From: Chrysomallon squamiferum | Lineage: Eukaryota > Animalia > Mollusca | Direction of reading: 5' to 3' | Length of the DNA: 64,000 bases | Assembly: GCA_012295275.1 (NCBI GenBank) | Contig: CM022670.1 | Span: 19,406,001-19,470,000, forward strand | Shown: positions 53,160 through 64,000 of the stretch, one piece after another | Layout: the number at the start of each line of letters is the position of its first letter | How positions within the stretch are numbered: position 1 is the stretch's first letter | The notes under the pieces: model-generated | The model's input: only the letters and a program-made list of their open reading frames with translations | The model's database searches: none | What the model was told of the DNA's origin: nothing | Translations under genes and position numbers: made by a program

Positions 53160-54062
53160 ATGCAAACTTATGTGTACTGTTCCTTACATACTTACATAAA
53201 TTAACAATTAAAATACTCCATATACTTTTGCCAGCAATTTTAACGTTTTAATGATTTTTATATTCTTGTTTTCTTGAAAAAGATAATCAGACAACACTGT
53301 CTGTTTCAATTTAGAAATATTTTAAACTGCGTGGTATTTTGATTCTCAGAGAGCTGATTAGCCATGTCTCCTGTTTTCTCAGATAAGTTGTCTTGTCTAC
53401 GTTACATGTATCTACTTTTATTTTTATTTATTCGTAAAAGAGTAAACGCTCCACGAGGTTAAAATAAATAATTCACCAACAACGATAACAGCAGAAAAAG
53501 GTGGACATAAATAAACAAATACTAAAACCCAATATTTAAAACGGAAAAAAAAAATAAAGAAGAAAATAATAAATAAAAACAGGTATTAAAGGAAGCAAAA
53601 AAAAAAAAAAAAAAAAAAAAATTATTAGGGAAAAAATAGCAGCTAAAGTAAGGAGAAAAAAGAAGAAATAAAAGATTTATACAACAATAAAATAAAGCAA
53701 AGAAATAGTAGTTTCAATGTTTTATATCAACTCTGATATATTTTTTGTTGAAATACATAAACAAACAAACAAATAAATAAATAAATAAATAAATAAATAA
53801 ATATTAAAACAGCAAATTAAATAAAACAAATAAACGAAAACAAACAAACTCCCCAAAAAAACAAAAAAAAAACCACCACAAAACAAACAACAACGATGAT
53901 AATCATTTCATACGTCGCAAAAAAATTCTGATTTTATTTAATTTTACTGAAAAACAAAGAAAAGAAAAGAAAAAATAAATTAGCAAATAACTATATGTAA
54001 CTGTAATTTATAATTAAATTTAAAATTAATTAGAAATTTAAAATAAAATTAAAAAAAAAACA

Positions 54063-54093
<31 letters not shown>

Positions 54094-54221
54094 TGTATGT
54101 GTATATATACATATATATTTAATATATATATAATGCGTAAGTTTTTGCGTATTTCTTGATTATTTGGCCAATTGAGTAAACATACTAAATTTTCATTTCT
54201 ACATTCTAGTAAAAAAAAGAA

Positions 54222-54269
<48 letters not shown>

Positions 54270-55770
54270 ATGTGTGTAAGAATGTATTTTATTGAAAAGT
54301 AACGACAAATTGGAATCTTGTATAGAATTGATTTAATTCGTAAACAAAATTATTACGTCATCAACGTACAGATGTGACATTTCGTAAAAATCTACTTCAT
54401 TTTTAAAGACTGTAGTATGCTCGAAGAAACTGAATGTAAATTAAATGTTCTGCTTAGTTTACCAACAGCACTGAGGGCCTCGTCGACTCCCCGGAGATAA
54501 GGAGACCCGCGGTGAAGGGTAGAAACGCCGCTGATTGGTAGATAAGACTTTGTCAGAGTCCGCTATTCTAGCTTCGTGCTCTTGTACAGTCAAACGCAAA
54601 GGCAGGTGATAAAAAAAAAATAATCGATGAATCGTCTAGGCTTCCATCATGGCGCTATTGGCAGATACTAATCTGGTCCCGAGGTAATGAAATGTGTTTC
54701 CGAACGATCAAACACTTTGTCGTAGTGCTCGGCATTGGTGTTAAAAAGAACAGTTGTAAAACGCAAGGTTCGAGTGACTGTAAATCTAAGTTCATTAAAA
54801 TATCAGAGAGAAAGAAAGGTTTTGCAAAGCCACTGGCGGACTTTATTTTACATATATTCATGAAAGAAGACAGCCAGATAAATTAATAAAGGGAAGGATA
54901 AACTGATAGATCTGTCTAATAAATAAATAAATAGAAAAATAGATAGATACTTAATTAGAAAAGCTCTTATACAGATATAGACAGCAAGATAGATCACTCG
55001 AGAAATATCATAACTGTACAGCGATTTCGGAAAAAGGCATGTCTAATAATTTTTAGATATATTTTAACGAAAACACAGAAATAAAAAGTATATAATGACG
55101 GTTTATAAAATTGTTTAGAAGCCTGAGACTGATAATCATATCATCACAGTTTTCTTCATCTTCGCCTTCTCCTTCATTTCCTAGATATTCATTTTAATTT
55201 TTATTTTTAAAAGCCTTTTATAATTTTTCAAAAGTTGTTCTAATGGTACTGTCTATTTACCAACATAATAACATCGTAGTTTTCCCGTTAAACTTTGCTA
55301 GCTAACGACGGTTCACTCACTAATGAGAACCTAAGCTTAACATGAACACAAGACATAAGTATCTTGTTATCTGTTTCTTTAATCCGGCTTGACACTTCAC
55401 AGACAAGAACTGCCCAAAGCACACACAACACAACAGAAGCAATGATTATAACCGTTCAAAATGTTTAAATCTGTAAATAGTTTGACCAGCGGCCAACCAG
55501 TGACGCCACGTACAAAATAAAATAAGACGAAAGATTTCGAAAAGTACATTTTAATAGCGGCTATAAGAATATTTAATGATGAATAGCTGTTATAACGGTG
55601 CATTGCTTACTTTGAAATAACTGTTAAATTATATACTACTACTACTACTATTTATTTATTTAATTCTTTCTAAATAATTTAAATTAATAAAATTCCTAAT
55701 TATTTATCTTTGTATCTGCTCATTTAAGTATCTATAAATATATTGGTGTGTCTGTATGTGCATGTACGTA

Positions 55771-55812
<42 letters not shown>

Positions 55813-56386
55813 TGTGTGTGTACACATACATTCTAGGTTAAGCTTTAACCAAACCTAAATACATCTTCTGGGTATTCTTATCAGAATCGATCCTGCGATC
55901 CGCCGCACCTGAGGCGAACTCTTGTTATCACTGATGCAAATCCCGCCACTAACTGTTAATAAGACTTGACATTTATCAGACGGAATTCATATTTATTTGA
56001 AATAACCGTCCATCACTGTACGCGGTAAGCAAGTGGCATCCGGCTTTGACGAAGTATTCACAAGAATGAGGTTACCTTGGGAATGGTATTTTCAAAGAAC
56101 CCACCATTGATGTTGAATTTCTCATTACGTGCGTGCCTGTTATGATGGTTATTATGTTGGTGTCATGGTGGAGAGAAAAATATTTCTTTTATTAGGTGCT
56201 ACAGGTTTACGATATGTCAGTCAACACGTCGTTCAGTGTCAGACCTTGCAGCTGTATTGGACTCGAGCAAACCACTAAATGATTACCTCTCTAAGCTTTC
56301 ACTGTCATCATACTCTCATTCTTTGGCGTTAACGTTCAGAATGTGGCACAGAGTGTATTCTAGGACATGGCCTAATTCAGTCTAAT

Positions 56387-56388
<2 letters not shown>

Positions 56389-56456
<68 letters not shown>
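56389..56456. repeat. (AAT)n microsatellite
   Basis: Direct reading. Confidence 0.95.
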
Positions 56457-56459
<3 letters not shown>

Positions 56460-58509
56460 TAATGGTGTTGCTATTATTACTGCTGTTACTATTTCTGCTG
56501 TTGTAACAATAGCTAGCTTCCTCGTTTTATTTGAAATCTTTGAAAAGATAGACTGCTGATTTCATTTATTATTACCATATTTATAAATTTCGATATTAAA
56601 TTTCAATCCCTCTGTCTTAATAAAAACAGCATTTACTCTCTTCTGCTTCTGTCTCTATGTTAATTAGAAATAAATTCCTTATAAAAGCATTTTAATAAAC
56701 GAAATTCTGTTTTTTTGCATATATAAATCTTTGCATATAAAATGTTAGTCCATGTTAATGCTTAATTACGTTATTTTTATTCAGATATTACTATGATGAT
56801 TATTGCAAACATTCTTTCCTCAGCAGAAGGTTCATTTATATACGGCAGTCTCGTGTTAATGTTAGACGACAATTCAAAGACGTATTAAGCTTACATTTCT
56901 CTAATTCCTATAGGTTGGAATCGGTATCGGTATTAAATCCTATAATTCACCACACTTAAATTTCAGTCTTAATCGCTTCCACACGGAAGCTGCTTGACAA
57001 ATAAAGGAAACATGCTTTATCTAAGATGCACGCTACACATTATTTTCCTATCCAAAATATTTGATACTAAATATATAATCATGAAATTAATGAGAGAGAA
57101 AACCTGTTATAGATAGGTAATGGATTAGCTGCTAAACGATCTTTAATAAAAACCATCTCACAGACAGAACAGTACAAACCAAGATCTTTGATAGATCAGT
57201 CCTGAGGCTCTGAATGAAACATGTTGTAGATCCAATAGCACGACGAGGAACACCGATCTTCACCCTGTCACACCACAGCCCACAACACTGCTTGTTTTTA
57301 GAACATCTATTTTTAAAGAGAGAGTCAGAACATTACTGAGTCTAAATCTTTCTGTGTTGAGCTGACTTATAAAAACCGCTAAATGCCTGCTTCTTTTATA
57401 GTCTTCGATTTGATTCGTTTAAAACTATTATGAGATCCAATTATTAGCGGTAGATTAAGCAGTTTGGTTCAGTATACTTTAAGACGAAATCTTTTATACC
57501 TGACTAAGAAGAAAGTGCCCACAGAAACGCATGCTTGGACATTTTATCAAAATATTCTGTTCTGATTCCAGTTGTGAAGGGGTAAAAAGGCAGTGCACGA
57601 ATGTCATACTTTGTTATTAGTAATGATAGGATTTCAAAATAGCTTGAAAGCATTTACTTAGACCAATTATCCATACGACCAACGACACTGTAACGGCTTT
57701 ATTTTAGTAATTAAATAACTACACTGAAGAAGCAGGAAATGATTATAAAACGTTTTGTATTTTATTAATATTTTCTACCAAATTAATTTCCTTATTAAGA
57801 CTTTATATCGTCCATTCATTAATTATGTACAGTAGGCTGAAATATAAAATAATGATAATTAATTTTGACAGCACTTATTCGACGTGTTTCGATGCGCAGA
57901 AACAGGTGTGTATGTCAGTTTATCATTATAATGTACGTGCCTGTTGCATTAATTAATAAATATCTTATGCCCTATAAAATTAATGTTTTTTTACGTATTT
58001 GATAAAACAGTATTTGATTTCGTTTGTTTTCATACACGTATGTATTCTGACACAATGACATATATCCAAACACACGCACACGTATACATACATACTGACA
58101 TACCTACCTGCCTTGGTTTCTACCTAACTAACTACCAATAATATACACCCTATCTACCTACATACACAGGTACGTACAAATATCGATACAGATACCCGGT
58201 ACATAATTTTATTGTAATACGCCTAAACACTTCAACATGACATGCACTGAGAATATACTCAGTCTAATCTCACCCACGATCTTTTACTATATCTGTGTAT
58301 AAAATTATATTGATATTTCACCTCGCGCATATAAAAATATTTATAACTTAAACTGACAACGTTTATCTTCAATCAATATAAAAACGAATGACATCTAGTA
58401 CGTACTGAAAAATAACCCTTTACCATGTTGTAAGTTTTAAATTTATACAAGTATCTTTATCTGTCTGTCGATAAATCAATCCATCTATCCATCCATCCAC
58501 CTTTCTCTC

Positions 58510-58519
<10 letters not shown>

Positions 58520-58580
<61 letters not shown>
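58520..58580. repeat. (GT)n microsatellite
   Basis: Direct reading. Confidence 0.95.
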
Positions 58581-58584
<4 letters not shown>

Positions 58585-59987
58585 ATAGGTTTACAAGAAT
58601 ATAGATAGATAATATTTTCTGCATTATCTTCAGACACATATATAGTAATACATATGTTATAAATGTCAAATGTTTTAGATTAAGCGAGCAAATAGATGTC
58701 ATTCAGTACATCAACGTTAATACATATACGCATCCTGTTAAACTGCTATGGTGTTGCTACTGGCAACCTGTTTATTGACCACGTCATATATGCACCATCT
58801 TGTAAGTGCTCTTGACTTAGAGAAGGAAATTCTGGGTCTTTTTTTAATAACGAAATTGTTGTTTGTTTTTCTCGACTGAAGATGAGAATGAAAGTGAAAG
58901 GTAACTCTATAATTATCACAAAGATATATTTTTTTATCTACTGAAAAAAATTAATGTCTACATATATGGTCATTAGAACTCTTTTTTAAAAATATTTTAT
59001 TATTATTTATATTTTTATTATTATTTTTATTATTATTCCGAAGTTACTTTTTCAGAGACTTTACTATTAATATTCAGTAAATTATTATATTTCTTAAAGT
59101 GTCTAATGAAATTGATTATTTTACTTCTGTAATCTATACTAATGACTGGGGATATAATTATTTGGTTTTTGTTAATAATTTATAAAACTAATATCTGTCA
59201 GTATAGTTTGGAGAAAAAAAATGTAAAACAGGAAAGGATGAAGAAAAAGAAAATGACAAGGCAGTGAAATAATTACATTTTACGACTTATGTAAAAATTA
59301 ATTTTCAATCCTAATTCTTTTCAAGTTGATTTAATATTTTAGTATTCAGGAAAAGAAATAATGATATTTCTTGTTATCTATATGTTAGTCTATTTATCAG
59401 TCTTTACTCTTAGTATTATTATTATTGTAATTGTAATTGTTGTTGTTGTTGTTGTTCTTCTTCTTCTTCTTATTATTATTATTGATCTCTGTTTTATATG
59501 GACAGATATTTTTTCTCAGGATTGAACGTAACTCATTGTATGGAATTTTCTAAAAGTAGTGCCGCAAGTTGGAAAAAAAATCATTTAAAATTAATGTTAA
59601 AATCATATGTGTTATCCATGCTAATTAGAGAATTAAATGTTAGTAACTTAAGACTGATTTTATTTTAGTCGGAAGCTTTAATTTTTTACTCAGTACGTGT
59701 AACAACCTCTTTTTGTTTTTCCTTTTGTGTTCTTGAAATTCCTGAGCTTGCATCTTTAAAAACATACAATAATTAGATAACAAATTTTCTGTTTAAGCAA
59801 AGCATAAAATGCAATGTGTATGTGTATGTGTATGTGTATGTGTGTATGTATGTGAATGTGTGTGTGTATATATATAAAATAAAATACAAATAATTTATAT
59901 AAAACATACATACATACATACAAGGGAATCAACCCTTAAAACTTATTTTAGAATTTGTCAGACGAGTGAGTTCCCTTGAACGATGAC

Positions 59988-60408
59988 TAATTATGTACTA
60001 CAATAACAATAATAACAATGTTAGCAATAATATGAATAATAAAAATAAAAACAAACAAAAATTAAAGAGAGATGAAACACACAGACACACACAAAGATAA
60101 TTAATCTTTTAAACAGTTGAATTCATGTTACATACCACACTCTAGAGATCATTTTATTTATGAAATCTAAATAACATATCTTCATGAAAAGAAAGTATAA
60201 GGACAATTCTGTTATATTTGTTTATCGTGTATGGGATATGCTGTTTAAATTATTCACTGAAGGTAACAAAACATAATGCTAATTAAAAACTAAAACATTT
60301 ATTGACATAACAGAAGATGGTAACAGCAGAATAAAAAAGTATTTAAGAAATAAAAACGAATTAAATATTCAGTATAATTCAAATTGGGGTCCGGGCATGC
60401 CCCGCTGC
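59988..60408 (+). repeat. ~420-bp direct repeat, copy 1
   Basis: TAATTATGTACTAC...GGGCATGCCCCGCTGC is nearly identical to 61470-61889. Confidence 0.92.
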
Positions 60409-60769
60409 CCTAGATCCCGCGCGCCGGACTCAGACAGCATGTAAGTCTAAATGATACAATTATATCGATTACAATTATTACCCTTTAGTGATATTCGTTC
60501 ACTAATATCGATTGGAGCTATATCCCTTACGTGAGATGTACTCACGATTTCTGTTTTATTTGATTCCTTTAGTTAAATTCTAAAGAAATAATGAAAAGAA
60601 TTATATTATATTTCTTTATAATGTACGGGATATGCTCTTTAATTAGTCAGCGAAGATAACAAAAATAATGCTAATTAAAAAAAAGATATTGACATAACAG
60701 AAGATGGTAACAGCAGAATAAAAAATATTTAAGAAATAAAAACGAATAATTGTACTGAATTAAATATTT

Positions 60770-61133
60770 ACATGAGATGTACTCACTAATCAAAGTAAAC
60801 ATTATATCGATTAGAATTATTTCCCTTTAGTGATATGTGCTCACAAACATAGATTAGAGTTAGGTCCCTTACGTGAGATGTACTCACTGTTTAAAAAGTA
60901 AAAATTGTATCGATTAGAATTATTTCCCTTTAGTGATATGTGCTCACAAAGATAGATTAGAGTTAGGTCCCTTACGTGAGATGTACTCACTGTTTAAAAA
61001 CTAAAAATTGTATCGATTAGACTTATCTCCCTTTAGTGATATGTGTTCACAAACATGGATTACAGTTACGTCCCTTACGTGAGATGTACTCACTAACCAA
61101 AGTAAAAATTGTATCGAAAAGACTTATCACCCT
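60770..61133. repeat. ~103-bp tandem repeat (about 3.5 copies, plus a detached copy at about 60457-60545)
   Basis: GAGATGTACTCAC recurs at 60533, 60774, 60875, 60978 and 61081. Periods in the array are 101, 103 and 103. Confidence 0.92.
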
Positions 61134-61150
61134 CTGTCTCTTTTTCTTGC

Positions 61151-61328
<178 letters not shown>

Positions 61329-61469
61329 CTCTCTCTCATTCTGTATCTCTCTGCCAGGTCTCTATCAATCTCTGTAACACTCTTTCTTCTGTCAAGAAAA
61401 GTTATCCAACAGCAAAACCAGCAGCTGTAGCAGACAAATTAAAAATAGCAACAATAATAAAAATTGTAA

Positions 61470-61889
61470 TAATTATGTACTACAATAACAATAATAACAA
61501 TGTTAGCAATAATATCAACAATAAAAATAAAAACAAACAAAAATTAAAGAGAGATGAAACACACAGACACACACAAAGATAATTAATTTTTTAAACAGTT
61601 GAATTCATGTTACATACCACACTCTAGAGATCATTTTATTTATGAAATCTAAATAACATATCTTCATGAAAAGAAAGTATAAGAACAATTTTGTTATATT
61701 TGTTTATCATGTATGGGATATGCTGTTAAATTATTCAGCGAAGGTAACAAAACATAATGCTAATTAAAAATTAAAACATTTATTGACATAATAGAAGATG
61801 GTAACAGCAGAATAAAAAAGTATTTAATAAATTAAAACGAATTAAATATTCAGTATAATTCAAATTGGGGTCCGGGCATGCCCCGCTGC
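61470..61889 (+). repeat. ~420-bp direct repeat, copy 2
   Basis: Near-identical to 59988-60408 at an offset of about 1482 bp. Confidence 0.92.
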
Positions 61890-62000
61890 GATTGAGAAGT
61901 AATGTTACTGTTGTGTTATGTAGAAACACATATATAAATCAATAAGTAATCGCAGCGACAACAACAATTACAATTCTAATATATATATACACACACACAT

Positions 62001-62031
<31 letters not shown>

Positions 62032-62062
62032 TAGATAGATAGTGTAGATAAAGATACAAGCT

Positions 62063-62097
<35 letters not shown>

Positions 62098-63090
62098 AGA
62101 TAGATAAATAGATAGATAGATAGATACATAGATAGATAGATAGTGTTAGACAACGATACAAATATGTATACGTGTGTGTAAATGTAGTATATGTACCGAT
62201 GTATACATCTATGTGTATGTATATGTACATATAAAGGATAAATCCAACAGTAACAGCCTAAGTAAAAGCAACAAATTAACTCAATAAAATTTTACTAACC
62301 AGTTCATTTTGATATGATGACAAACAGTACTTTTTTTTTACATACAGAAGTTCGATTATTATTTATTAGTGACCTGCAAGATAAAGTAATATGATAAAAG
62401 AAAAAGAAAATTGCTTCACCATAGATTAAAGAATAAAAACTACCACGGCATTTTTATTGTATGTATGTATGTATATATATTTATATATATAAACGCTGTT
62501 TTGTATTAAGAGATAAGAATAAAAAAAAATAAAAAATAAAAGAGGCCAATTGCAAAAAAGCCATTACTGTGTATAAAGCGAAAACAAAGATTATTTTTTT
62601 AATGTTTTTTGTTTTATTTATAACTGTAAAGTAATTGAATGTTTTCATTATTTGTGAAGAACAATCTATTGACCGAAACATGAAAGAGGTTAGAAAATCT
62701 AAGACACAGGACGACGTGATAAACATCAGATAAGAGCAGCTAAAGGACGAATACATTAATGAATAGGTCGTTATTTTAACTGAAATATTATTCTAAATGT
62801 TGCATAAAAATCTTCTCCCAGTAACAATATACATACGTGTGTATGCATGTGTGTGTGAGGTGTGAGTGTGTGTGTGTGTGTATGTATTGAATTCGCATGT
62901 AGCATCTACATACAAATATATCTTCGAATCCTGCTATTAATAAAGACACGTTATAAAATAAAATATTTGGGCTTCATAAATGTAATCAGCGAGAAATGTT
63001 TTTAAAAATTATTAATATCAGTTTTGCATCTCAGTATTTGTTTAATATCATGATATTCTGTCAAGTATCAATAATTATCTATTAAGTATC

Positions 63091-63127
63091 AATAATAATA
63101 ATAATAATAATAATAATAATCATAATC

Positions 63128-63184
<57 letters not shown>
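63091..63184. repeat. (AAT)n microsatellite
   Basis: Direct reading. Confidence 0.95.
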
Positions 63185-63185
<1 letters not shown>

Positions 63186-64000
63186 CAGAGAGGAAACGCC
63201 CACGAATGACTCAGTGGCTATTTTACAGATTAGAAATTATGTGCACATTTCGACAGAATAAAATTCTATACCGCAAATTTTCATTCAACCTAATGTAAGA
63301 CATTGGCTGAAAAATACATTAATATGTTAGTTTCTTTTAGAGAGAAAAGACCAGAATTAAACGAATATTTCTACTACTTCCTTTTGATTTTTTTTCTTCT
63401 ATTTTAGATCTCTTGAAATGAGAGACATTTTGTTTTCATTCACTCTATGTACACGTTAAAAAAAAATCTAATTTTAGATGATTCTAGTGTACTGATGTAA
63501 AATCACTGTTCAGAATATATTGTTACTTATTGATCAAGAAAATGCAGTTGCAAGCATGTACATAAAAACGTTATTAACTATAGGTAATGCAAGAATAGGC
63601 ATATATAAATATGTTTGAACTGATACAGTTGAGAAAAAATCAAATGATAAAGTCAGTTTATATAAATACGTAACAGTGTGCTTGGGGGATGTAGATCAAA
63701 CAAAACATAATGAAGAAGAAGAGATACACCGACTGACTAAGACAGAACAAACAAGACGAATTATTTTTAATATTTTTAATACAAATATTCTCCTTATAAT
63801 CTAATCTTGATACTGAAAATAATTAAAAAGATATCGACAGAACGACAAACACGGATCCAGTTTTAGAATTCCTTCGTCTCACCATCTTCGTTTCGAGACA
63901 GTTATTTTATTCATACAGATCTTCCATTTCCATCCTTTAATAAATCCTTTTCTAAAGATGGTCGTTATGTATGAATTTCTTTGCTTTTTCCTTTATAAAT

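Noticed and set aside
60385-60460. HDV-like ribozyme
   Set aside because: P1-like and P4-like pairings exist, but P2, P3 and the P1.1 GG cannot be formed.
60770-61133. CRISPR-like look of the 36-bp units with a palindrome
   Set aside because: The linkers are themselves repeated and are 7 and 24 nt long. There are no cas genes and the context is eukaryotic, so this is a satellite-type repeat.
62640-62700. Hammerhead-like TGAAGA...CGAAAC
   Set aside because: The core starts with G instead of C, and stems I and III with an NUH site cannot be formed.

Overview
This is AT-rich, microsatellite-dense eukaryotic DNA with spliced genes. Its composition suggests an invertebrate animal, plausibly a mollusc or cephalopod (inference). 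The window holds two paralogous DUR3-like solute:cation symporter genes (SSS/SLC5 superfamily) in convergent orientation, with identical intron positions and phases. Gene A (+) has 6 coding exons visible, is cut at the window's 5' edge, encodes 722 aa in the window and stops at 12210. Gene B (-) has 7 coding exons from 46965 to 21404 and a predicted 790 aa, including a first exon absent from the ORF track that encodes a signal-peptide-like N-terminus. Both proteins share a C7H putative double-zinc loop, an altered DUR3 substrate motif and a PutP/SGLT-like Na2 motif. Non-genic elements are an internally deleted Mutator-like transposon, a TA-flanked MITE, retroelement remnants and a nested repeat structure at 60-62 kb. 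Almost all other ORFs in the track are microsatellite artefacts.
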